Positions 26,702-34,932 of a stretch of 45,307 nt of DNA are shown in pieces (position 1 is the stretch's first letter; every line of letters begins with the position of its first letter). A program made the translations under genes and the position numbers. The DNA comes from Planctomycetota bacterium (lineage in GTDB: Bacteria > Planctomycetota > UBA8108 > UBA1146): the NCBI GenBank assembly GCA_036338595.1, contig JAYZBV010000025.1:1-45307 (forward strand), given 5' to 3'. The notes below the pieces were generated by a model. It ran no database searches. It was not told the DNA's origin and saw only the letters and a list, made by a program, of their open reading frames with translations.

Positions 26702-27895
26702 TCAAAACGACCCGGAAACGTCACCTTTGGCCTCCTCAGGGCTGCTGGTGGCAGGAACCGGCGTCATCGGCCCAGGATCCCCCATCAAGTGCGCAAAACC
26801 CTCCCTGCGTAGCCAGGAGCGTACCGTCTGTAGAGGTACGAAGAGTCCCATATGAGGCACCACCATCGGAGACCTCTTGCCGTAGGTGTAGATCATGCTG
26901 CTGATTCCCACCAGCCTGCCATCGCCAGCGAGGAAGATCCCGCCGCCGGAGTTGCCGAAAAAGGTCGGCGCACTGACCATCCAGAAAACCTCATCGGCGA
27001 CAGGTTTGTACTGTGATGAGATCTCTCCGATGGTCGGTAGCGGCTGGTTTCCCAGGGGACAACCGACAGCATACACGGTGTCGAAAACCGACAGTTGAAG
27101 GCACGCTTTCTCGGTTGCCGGCTCTGCCAGGAAGGACCATTGCCGGGTCAACAGGACTCGCACCAGCGACAGGTCAGAGGCGGGCAAGGAGGCGATCTCC
27201 ACACCCTCATGGATTTCGCTTCCCAGTCGGCCAAGCTCTGGATCGAAGAACCGGATCTCGCGGACAACCACCTTTTCGCTGGAGAAATCACGCACTTCTT
27301 CAACGACATGGTATGCAGTCACGATCCACGTTGCCCACTGGTTTTCATCCACCTGATCACTGCTGACCACGACACCGCTTCCGACGGTACCGTTGCCTCT
27401 CAGTTGCACCACTGGGTAGATCATCCGTTCCACCTTGTTGCGGTGATTCCCGGGAACATACTGTCTCTGGGCAGGCGACTTTGCCGGACCCATCGCATCG
27501 ATTCTCGCTTCGATACGAGAATCCAGGGCTTCGATCTTCTGGTGCGTTTGATCGATCTCGTTATCGACCCAACGCTTCAATCCATCGCTGGTTAGATCCA
27601 GTTCTCTCATGATTCTGGCGCGCTCTTCCTCGAGAATCTGGCTCGAGAGTTCGGCCACGGGACTCGTTTCTGGAGCGATCTCGAAGTCACTGACTTCGGA
27701 GTTGATCACCACATCCAGTTCATCCTGCAGATCGGCCACGAATTGTGGCTGGGTAGCGCCGTGGTCCACGGTGCTGGATACCGCTTCGGCGGTCGCAACC
27801 TGCTCGGAGGCCATCGGAGAGATGGACACACTCCATAGCAGTGCCATGGCCACGAAGATGGCAAGTGCCGCGCGATTGGGCTGGTAGTCCTTCAA
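26702..27895 (-). CDS. Exported trypsin-like (S1) serine protease with N-terminal coiled coil
   Basis: Catalytic triad motifs IVTAYHVV, SDLSLV, GNSGGG; signal/anchor at N-terminus; no PDZ domain seen. Confidence 0.88.
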   Translation of the reverse strand: MKDYQPNRAALAIFVAMALLWSVSISPMASEQVATAEAVSSTVDHGATQPQFVADLQDELDVVINSEVSDFEIAPETSPVAELSSQILEEERARIMRELDLTSDGLKRWVDNEIDQTHQKIEALDSRIEARIDAMGPAKSPAQRQYVPGNHRNKVERMIYPVVQLRGNGTVGSGVVVSSDQVDENQWATWIVTAYHVVEEVRDFSSEKVVVREIRFFDPELGRLGSEIHEGVEIASLPASDLSLVRVLLTRQWSFLAEPATEKACLQLSVFDTVYAVGCPLGNQPLPTIGEISSQYKPVADEVFWMVSAPTFFGNSGGGIFLAGDGRLVGISSMIYTYGKRSPMVVPHMGLFVPLQTVRSWLRREGFAHLMGDPGPMTPVPATSSPEEAKGDVSGSF

Positions 27896-28065
27896 GTTTC
27901 CCCCGTTTCGGTGCGGGCAGGCCCCGGAACCGTCGGGACCATCGGTACTGGATGGCCCTCACAGGAGACTACGATGAGAAGGTAGAGTCGGGCAAAGCAC
28001 CCGAGCCGCGATCGGTTGAATCCAGGGAGTATCGAGCAAGGAACGGCAGATCTGCGACCATCTGC

Positions 28066-30843
28066 TCAGTTCTGATCCGCCTTCTGATCGGTCGACTCCG
28101 CATCGGTTGCGGCTTCCGATGGTGGCACCGAAGGGGGCACCATTGTTTCACCTGAATAGATCAGTTTCAGCAATCGATCGGGCACGTGCACGACCCGATC
28201 TGCGGGACGCCCGCCGGTCCTTTCCCGGACGGATTCCAGTTTCAGCGCCTGCTCGATCACCTGCGTCTTGGGAGCGTCCAGTTCTACCGTGATTCGATCC
28301 ACGATCTTCTCGTTGACCAGGACAGCGAGAGAGATCTCCGAAGGCTCGAGCAACTCTTCACTATGCTCAGGCCAGGGCTCCTGATCCAGTGCAGTCTGTT
28401 CGCCGATCTCTTGCCACAACTCGTGAGCCATGTGAGGCGCGAAGGGAGCCAGCAGCACGATAAATGTCTTGAGGGTCTGCCGGTCGACCTCCTCCAGGCT
28501 GAGTTCATCTCCTCGCAGCAACTTCACGAATTCCATGAAGGCACTGATCGCCTTGTTGAGGCGGAAATTACGAATCGCCCGACTCACACGCCTGACGAGA
28601 CGGTGCTTGGCAACCAGCACATTTCGGCTCACGAACCGTCCCTTGCCGTGGCGGTGCAGGATCATCTCGTGGGTTCGCTGAAGGAATCGGGCGCAGCCAC
28701 GCAATCCCTCATCATTCCACTCTGCATGGTCCTGAGGCGGTCCGAGGAACAGCAGGTGCAGCCTCATCGCATCGGCTCCATACTTTTCCAGGTACCCCTC
28801 CGCGAGCACTCGGGGTCCCCTGTGGGCACTGGCTGAATCCACATCCTCGGTGGCATCGGCGGCACGGATACGCCCCTGATTGAAGAGCCTGCGGAACGGC
28901 TCGCGCCGCGCCGTGATTCCCAGTTCCCTGAGAAAGTGGCTCACGAACCGGACATAGAGCAGATGCAACTCAGCATGCTCGATGCCGCCCACGCAGAGAT
29001 TCACCGGAGTCCAGTGCGCCAGTTGCCGGGGCGAGGCGATCTGTCCCTCGAGTCCGGGATCGAGTGACCGCAGGTGGGTCCAGCAGGAAGCGATCCAGTC
29101 CGGCATCGTATCGGTACAGCGCCTCGCGGATCCCCCGCATTTGGGGCACTCGGTCTGGATCCACTCCTCATAACTGGAGAGTCCACTTTCCCCTTCGACA
29201 GGTTCCTTCAGCTGATCGATTTCAGGAAGTTCCACAGGAAGTTGATCTTCCCGAACCGGCACCTGGCCGCACTCGGAACATTCAACGATGGGAATTGGTT
29301 CCCCCCAGACCCTCTGGCGCTCGAATGCCCAGTCGTGCAATTTCCAGTCGATGTGCGACTCGACCAGATCGCGCGCCTCCAGCGATGCTTGCATCGACCG
29401 CGCAGAGTCCGATCCATCGCCGCCCCTGCGACGTCCTGAGCGGCGCCTTCTTCTGCCGTGGTTCGACTGGCCCCTGCTCGACGGTAATCCAAAACTCTGT
29501 GCAAATTCCTTGTGCGCCGGATGTGCGGAAGGAATGCCGAGGATCGCTCCGAAACGAATCTCTGGCAGCACATAACTGCTGACCCAGATCGGCATCTTGT
29601 CGAGAGTGACTGGATTGAGGCAGTATCCACCGGTCGGGACTCCATCGGCATTCGAACGTCCAGTGATCCGTTCTCGTTCGCTGAGACTGCCACAATTATC
29701 GAGGTACTGCTGCACATCATCCTTCTGAATCGGATCGATGATTTTTTCCAGCAACGGATGCTCCGGGCAAAGAACCACGAAGGTCGCTTCCGCCAGGGCG
29801 TCAATTCGCCACGAGAAGACATCGAGCTCGTCCCAGCCATCGAGCAACTCTGCGCTGGCCTTGAGGGTCAGGCGAGTCCCCTCACGGCGACCGATCCAGT
29901 TCCGCTGCAGCAGTTTGGTACGAGCAGGCCATTTCAGCTGTTTCAATCCCGAGTGCAGAGATTCGGCGTAATCGGTGATGGCAACCTTCCAGCCATCTTC
30001 GTAGCGCACCAGCCCCTTTTCGTGGAGTTTCAGGAAGATCCACTGAGACCAGCGATAACACTCCGGATCGGAGCTGTTGAGTTCGTGATCCCAGTGCACC
30101 ATCGCGCCGAAGTAATGAAGTTGATCTCGCATCTTCTGGATGCCTCGCTCGACAACCTGCTGCGGCGGAATCTTCGCTGCTCGCGCTTCCTCCTCGATGG
30201 AAAGACCAAAGGAGTCCCAACCCATCGGGCGAAAGACTTCGCGTCCTCGAGATCGCTGATACCTCGCCACCACATCGTTGATGGCGATCCCCCTGAGTTG
30301 ATTGACGCTGAAACCGTCGAGGGAAGGATAGGGAAACATATCCAGACAGAAGAAGGGCCGTGTCGGTGGGTCGTCAGGAGCATGCGCGGACTCGGCAGAG
30401 TCTTCTTCGGCAGAGTCTTCTTCGGCAGAGTCTTCGTCGGTAGAGTCTTCGTCGGTAGAGTCTTCGTCGGTAGAGTCTTCTTCGGTAGAGTCTTCTTCGG
30501 TAGAGTCTTCTTCGGCAGATTCTTCATCTCCAGTGACATCGGCAGGAGCGTCCTCGGCAGTGGTCTCCTGGTCAGCGGTTTCTTCGGTTTCTACCCCGTC
30601 AACTGCTACTGCATCTGCGGACGCATCATCCGACGCATCATCCGATGCGGTCTCATCGGAGGTTGTCTCCTCGACAGAAACTTCTTCGGAAACAGATTCA
30701 GTGCCGCTGCCCGCATCGGTTTTCGACTCGCCACCCACTGACGAGGGAGCATCGCCGGAGTCGGGTTGAATCGGCGAGATGGGTGGATTCGCGAGCCAGT
30801 GCTCGCGCCAGCGGCGTTCCAGTTGCAGTAGATCGACCGACAA
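28066..30843 (-). CDS. Leucyl-tRNA synthetase paralog with degenerate HIGH/KMSKS/editing motifs (putative pseudo-synthetase)
   Basis: LeuRS landmarks LDMFPYPS, PMGWDSFGL, QRNWIGR, RQRVWGEPIP, GGIEHAELHLLY, YGADAMRL, LLAPFAPH; TTG at 30843 after GAGGAGG; uninterrupted frame. Confidence 0.9.
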   Translation of the reverse strand: MSVDLLQLERRWREHWLANPPISPIQPDSGDAPSSVGGESKTDAGSGTESVSEEVSVEETTSDETASDDASDDASADAVAVDGVETEETADQETTAEDAPADVTGDEESAEEDSTEEDSTEEDSTDEDSTDEDSTDEDSAEEDSAEEDSAESAHAPDDPPTRPFFCLDMFPYPSLDGFSVNQLRGIAINDVVARYQRSRGREVFRPMGWDSFGLSIEEEARAAKIPPQQVVERGIQKMRDQLHYFGAMVHWDHELNSSDPECYRWSQWIFLKLHEKGLVRYEDGWKVAITDYAESLHSGLKQLKWPARTKLLQRNWIGRREGTRLTLKASAELLDGWDELDVFSWRIDALAEATFVVLCPEHPLLEKIIDPIQKDDVQQYLDNCGSLSERERITGRSNADGVPTGGYCLNPVTLDKMPIWVSSYVLPEIRFGAILGIPSAHPAHKEFAQSFGLPSSRGQSNHGRRRRRSGRRRGGDGSDSARSMQASLEARDLVESHIDWKLHDWAFERQRVWGEPIPIVECSECGQVPVREDQLPVELPEIDQLKEPVEGESGLSSYEEWIQTECPKCGGSARRCTDTMPDWIASCWTHLRSLDPGLEGQIASPRQLAHWTPVNLCVGGIEHAELHLLYVRFVSHFLRELGITARREPFRRLFNQGRIRAADATEDVDSASAHRGPRVLAEGYLEKYGADAMRLHLLFLGPPQDHAEWNDEGLRGCARFLQRTHEMILHRHGKGRFVSRNVLVAKHRLVRRVSRAIRNFRLNKAISAFMEFVKLLRGDELSLEEVDRQTLKTFIVLLAPFAPHMAHELWQEIGEQTALDQEPWPEHSEELLEPSEISLAVLVNEKIVDRITVELDAPKTQVIEQALKLESVRERTGGRPADRVVHVPDRLLKLIYSGETMVPPSVPPSEAATDAESTDQKADQN
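30392..30526 (-). repeat. 15-bp coding tandem repeat, 9 units, encoding (E/D)EDS(T/A)
   Basis: TCGG(C/T)AGAGTCTTC(T/G) units starting 30392, 30407, ... 30512 (last unit slightly degenerate). Confidence 0.95.
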
Positions 30844-30940
30844 GGGCCTCCTCGATCCCAGGGCATTACCCGACGAGTCAGCCGGTCCCCCAGGAACGCA
30901 TGATCGTAGGTGCCAGAGGGTGCGGCGACAATCGGTTCCC

Positions 30941-30968
30941 TTGACCCAAGAGTGCACCGGGCTATCCT
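30941..30968 (+). promoter_or_regulatory. Putative sigma70 promoter for tRNA-Ala
   Basis: TTGACC-N16-TATCCT about 85 bp upstream of the tRNA. Confidence 0.55.
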
Positions 30969-31052
30969 CTGGAGATCCTGGCGGAGGAACCGGGCGGCGG
31001 CGGCTGATTCATCGGCAACGGCCACCTCAACGGCCCCTCCGAGGAAATCATT

Positions 31053-31128
31053 GGGGCTGTAGCTCAGCTGGGAGAGCGCCTGACTGGCAGTCAGGAGGTC
31101 AGGGGTTCGAGCCCCCTCAGCTCCACCA
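31053..31128 (+). tRNA. tRNA-Ala(GGC)
   Basis: Cloverleaf GGGGCTG...CAGCTCCACCA, G3:U70, anticodon arm CCTGA-CTGGCAG-TCAGG, TTCGA loop, encoded CCA. Confidence 0.98.
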
Positions 31129-31142
31129 TTTTGAACCGATGT

Positions 31143-31175
31143 GCCCCCTCGTCTGCCGACGAGGGGGCTTTTTTT
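31143..31175 (+). terminator. Rho-independent terminator after tRNA-Ala
   Basis: GCCCCCTCGTC-TGCC-GACGAGGGGGC followed by T7. Confidence 0.92.
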
Positions 31176-31337
31176 GAAGGGCACAATGGCTGCCGAAAAC
31201 TGATCGATCTGCCCCCTCGAGTGCCCGGCCTTCTCTCTATTAGATCGATGCGAGATTAGCAGGCGACGTCTGTATTCTCTCCGAGCCGCGGTGTATATCA
31301 GGCGTTGGAATTGCAACCGGGGAGGACCACAGGGGAT

Positions 31338-32528
31338 ATGCAGGACGTCGTTGTCGATCAACCCTACTCCTTTGTTGCGCCCTATCGCGGCAACATCCTG
31401 CCGCGCTTGCTGGGGCACCTGGTGATCCCCCGACTGATGCGCGATCGATACGGCATCGTCTCCAGCGAGGTGCACGGCGCCGACAAGATCCGTGCCGCGA
31501 TCGATGCCGGTCATGGCATCCTGATCACACCCAACCACCCACGACCCGCCGACCCGATGGCGCTGTACCCTCTGTCTCAGGCGACCCGATCGCTTTTCTA
31601 TGCCATGGCCAGCTGGCACATCTTCATGGAAGGGAAGTTACAGAGATTCGTCATCCGGATGATGGGAGCCTTCAGCATCTACCGCGAAGGGATGGATCGA
31701 ACTTCTCTGCAGTGCGCGATGGAGATCCTCGAGCAGGCGAAGCGGCCCCTGGTGATCTTCCCCGAGGGCGCGGTCTCTCGTACCAATGATCTGCTCAATC
31801 CGCTGATGGAGGGGATCTCGACCATCGCTCGTGGCGCAGCACGCAAGCGCGCTGCCGGCGATGGCGGCAAGGTGATCATCTTTCCGCTGGCGATCCGCTA
31901 TCACTTCGAGGGCGATCTGACCGGGACGCTGGAACCGGTGCTGGAACAGATCGAGCACCGTCTTTCGTGGGCTCCTCAACGCAATCTCGATCTACTGACA
32001 CGGATTCGCAAGATCGGAGGTGCGCTGCTGAGTTTGAAGGAGATCGAGCACCTCGGTGACACCCAGTCGGGCGACCTGTGGGGACGGGCCGAGAAACTGA
32101 TCGATCACCTGCTGCACCCACTCGAGAAGGAGTGGCTCGATGGTCACCAGGACGGCAGCGTAGTCAAGCGCAGCAAGAACCTGCGCGCAGTGATCCTCAA
32201 GGGGATGATCTCTGGCGACATCGATGACGAGGAGCGAGACCGACGCTGGCAACAATTTGCAGCGCTGTACCTGGCACAGCAACTGTCACTGTATCCGCGC
32301 GGCTACCTCTCCTCCGATGCCCCCGCCGAACGATTTCTCGAGACGGTCGAGCGATTCGAGGAGGACCTGACCGATACCGCGCGGCCGCATCCACCCCAGC
32401 GGGTCACGCTGCATGTCTGCGATGGCATCGAGGTGCCGGCCGAGAAGTCGCGCGGCGACGATCCTCTGATGGGCAAGGTCGAGGCCAGCCTGCTCCAGGC
32501 GCTGGGTCTGGACCAGGAGAGTGATTGA
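31338..32528 (+). CDS. 1-acyl-sn-glycerol-3-phosphate acyltransferase family protein (extended C-terminus)
   Basis: NHPRPAD (HX4D), FSIYRE, IFPEG motifs; ATG 31338 preferred over TTG 31305. Confidence 0.85.
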   Translation: MQDVVVDQPYSFVAPYRGNILPRLLGHLVIPRLMRDRYGIVSSEVHGADKIRAAIDAGHGILITPNHPRPADPMALYPLSQATRSLFYAMASWHIFMEGKLQRFVIRMMGAFSIYREGMDRTSLQCAMEILEQAKRPLVIFPEGAVSRTNDLLNPLMEGISTIARGAARKRAAGDGGKVIIFPLAIRYHFEGDLTGTLEPVLEQIEHRLSWAPQRNLDLLTRIRKIGGALLSLKEIEHLGDTQSGDLWGRAEKLIDHLLHPLEKEWLDGHQDGSVVKRSKNLRAVILKGMISGDIDDEERDRRWQQFAALYLAQQLSLYPRGYLSSDAPAERFLETVERFEEDLTDTARPHPPQRVTLHVCDGIEVPAEKSRGDDPLMGKVEASLLQALGLDQESD

Positions 32529-33214
32529 TGGATTCCATCCGGTGGCGTCGTCTGGCCGTGGTTGTGCTGGGTCTGGGACTGTGGTTTCTGACCCAGTCGC
32601 TGCTCGGGGCGCGCACCTTACCGGCTGGCGGCGAGATCGCCGGTCAGGTGCTCTCGGAAGGCGATGGCTTGTTTCGCTGGAGTGCCCCATGGCACCAGAT
32701 GCTGGTCGCCAACGAAACGCTTGCCGATACGCTACTGATCTGTAGTTCCCTCGTCATCGATCTGATCGCCATCTTCATCATTCTGTCTTCCGTCTTCGGA
32801 GCGACGATGCGGCCCTTTCTGGCGCTGCTGATGCTCTTCATGCTGCGCCAGATCTGTCAGGGGCTGAGCCCACTGCCGGCCCCGACCGGCATGATCTGGC
32901 ACCATCCTGGATTTCCCTCGCTGCTGGTCACCTACCAGGTGGCCAACGACTTCTTCTTCTCGGGCCACACCGCCATCGCGGCCATCGGAGCCACCGAGAT
33001 GGGTCGGCTGGGCAGACGCTGGTGGATTCCAGCAGTTCTGGTGCTGCTGTTCGAGATGGCGACGGTGATCGTTCTCAGGGCTCATTACACGATGGACGTT
33101 TACGCCGGAATCGTCAGTGCGTTACTGGTGGCCATCATCGCAGCCCGCGTGGCCCCCCCGGTCGACCGTTGGCTCGCCGGCAGCAGCCCCAGCCCACCCA
33201 CTGCGACACCCTGA
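32525..33214 (+). CDS. PAP2-superfamily membrane protein, sphingomyelin/IPC synthase-like
   Basis: Multiple TM helices; DFFFSGHT and RAHYTMDV motifs; overlaps upstream stop. Confidence 0.8.
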   Translation: MMDSIRWRRLAVVVLGLGLWFLTQSLLGARTLPAGGEIAGQVLSEGDGLFRWSAPWHQMLVANETLADTLLICSSLVIDLIAIFIILSSVFGATMRPFLALLMLFMLRQICQGLSPLPAPTGMIWHHPGFPSLLVTYQVANDFFFSGHTAIAAIGATEMGRLGRRWWIPAVLVLLFEMATVIVLRAHYTMDVYAGIVSALLVAIIAARVAPPVDRWLAGSSPSPPTATP

Positions 33215-33298
33215 CTCCCGTCGCCAAACGGACCCCGATGATGTCCGCCTCGATCGCCTGCGGGCGCCGATAGCCCCTTCTGAAATCGTAGTCAGTAC

Positions 33299-34930
33299 TT
33301 GCCACGGCAGGGGTATCTCCTGACAATGCGGGGACTTGAGGATCCAACATGCGAGCCTTTCGCAGCCGGGAAGAGAGATGCCTTGACGTTCCGAACCTGC
33401 CGATCGCCCCGCTGGCGTCGGTTCCTGTTTCCCTGTTCCCTCGTGGTGGCTCTGTGCACACACGGCCTCGTTCTGGCCCAGACAGCCGGATCCGATCCCG
33501 AACAGATATCGCTCCGGGATGTGGCCGTGGTGGTCCCCATCGATCAGCAGATCGACGATTCGGTCGTCCGACGCTTCGATGCCACCCTCGCCGAACTTCT
33601 CAAGCGTGAAGTCCGGATCGTCATCATTCAACTATCGACCCCCGGCGGAACCATCGATGCCAGCCGAAAACTGGCAGAGTCGATCGACAACCTGACCGAG
33701 AAGGGTGTCGAGACCTTCGGCTGGGTGCCCAACGGTCAGCAGGCCTACAGCGGTGGCACGATGGTGGCTCTGGCATGCCGAAATCTGGTGATGGGAGATA
33801 ATAGCCGCATCGGAGATGTGCAACCGATCGACATCTTCGGCAACGAGTTGCCGGAAAAGATCCAGACCACGGTCCGGGCAGACATGCGTCGCTGGGCGCG
33901 AGATCGTGGCTACCCCATCGCCCTCGCCGAGGCGATGGTGACCAAGGAGATCACGGTTCTGAAGGTCCGTACTGCAGAGGGGCGTACCCTCTACCTGACC
34001 GAGCAGGAGTTTCAGGATCTGCCGGAGCATGAACGCAATAGCGCCCAGACGCAGAGGATCGTCGAGCGAGGAGAGATCCTCACCATCGACGAGAAGGAAG
34101 CCTTCGAGTACGGCTTCATCTCCCACATCTGCCTCACCCGAGAGCAACTGCTGACCGATTACGGCCTGACCCAGATGCGAGCGCTGACCGCCGATGAGGC
34201 ACTGGGACGTCAACGCATCGGTACTCCCGGCGGCTTTGCCCTCGATGCATTTCGGGACTGGGGCCGTTTCATCAAGTTCTTGCTGATCTTCGGTGCGTCT
34301 CTGGCACTGGTGGTCGAGTTCAAACTTCCCGGTGTCGGACTCGGCGCTTCCCTATCGCTCGGCTTCCTGTGCGTGTTTCTGCTCAGCAGTTTTGCCGACG
34401 GCAATGTCGGTTGGGTCGAACTCTCCCTGTTTGGACTGGGCCTGGCACTTCTGGTGATCGAACTGTTCGTGATCCCCGGTTTCGGAATCTCTGGAATCCT
34501 CGGCCTGGTCATCGTGTGCGTATCTCTGGGTCTGTGCTACCAGCCCGTAGATGCGACACTGAGCTTGCGCCAGTTGAGCGAGGATTCGCTGCAGGTCGCT
34601 GGCGGACTGACCACCGGATTGCTGGCGCTGCTGATCGTCTCCTACATCCTTCCCGGACGCTCTTCGCAAAGCGGTTCTCTCATCGACAAATCAACCCTGG
34701 CCACCGACGATAAGGCGATCGCCTCGCCTGGATTCGAGGGCGGCGCACTGGAGGTTGGCCAGCGCGGTTCTCCTCTCCAGGATCTGCACCCTGCAGGAAA
34801 GGTGGAATTCGAGGGCACTCCCTTCGATGTGGTCTCCGACGGGGGCTACATCGAGAAGGATAGCCTCGTTGAAGTGGTCGAGGTCGAGGGCAACCGCATC
34901 GTCGTCCGTGCTGTCGTCGAGGAGGCCTGA
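33299..34930 (+). CDS. Long NfeD protein (ClpP/crotonase-like protease domain + TM + OB fold); start probably somewhat downstream
   Basis: LSTPGG, AYSGG (Ser), PEKIQ (Lys), IALAEAMV, ELFVIPGFGISG, DLHPAGKV...VVEVEGNRIVVR. Confidence 0.88.
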   Translation: MPRQGYLLTMRGLEDPTCEPFAAGKRDALTFRTCRSPRWRRFLFPCSLVVALCTHGLVLAQTAGSDPEQISLRDVAVVVPIDQQIDDSVVRRFDATLAELLKREVRIVIIQLSTPGGTIDASRKLAESIDNLTEKGVETFGWVPNGQQAYSGGTMVALACRNLVMGDNSRIGDVQPIDIFGNELPEKIQTTVRADMRRWARDRGYPIALAEAMVTKEITVLKVRTAEGRTLYLTEQEFQDLPEHERNSAQTQRIVERGEILTIDEKEAFEYGFISHICLTREQLLTDYGLTQMRALTADEALGRQRIGTPGGFALDAFRDWGRFIKFLLIFGASLALVVEFKLPGVGLGASLSLGFLCVFLLSSFADGNVGWVELSLFGLGLALLVIELFVIPGFGISGILGLVIVCVSLGLCYQPVDATLSLRQLSEDSLQVAGGLTTGLLALLIVSYILPGRSSQSGSLIDKSTLATDDKAIASPGFEGGALEVGQRGSPLQDLHPAGKVEFEGTPFDVVSDGGYIEKDSLVEVVEVEGNRIVVRAVVEEA

Positions 34931-34932
34931 GC

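Noticed and set aside
30392..30526. Tandem repeat as a possible CRISPR array
   Set aside because: Units are contiguous 15-mers with no spacers, in frame inside a CDS, and no cas genes are nearby.
29512..30741. 409-aa plus-strand ORF (GRVFF repeats) and 169-aa minus-strand ORF (KKTLP repeats, 30030-30539)
   Set aside because: Alternative-frame readings of the 15-bp repeat within the LeuRS paralog; no independent evidence of coding.
28066..30843. Calling this gene canonical leuS, or a pseudogene
   Set aside because: HIGH and KMSKS are absent, so canonical function is unsupported; the frame is intact over ~2.8 kb, so pseudogene is also unsupported.
30844..30957. Track start for the LeuRS-like ORF at 30957
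   Set aside because: Extension has no LeuRS similarity and overlaps putative promoters; TTG 30843 follows GAGGAGG.
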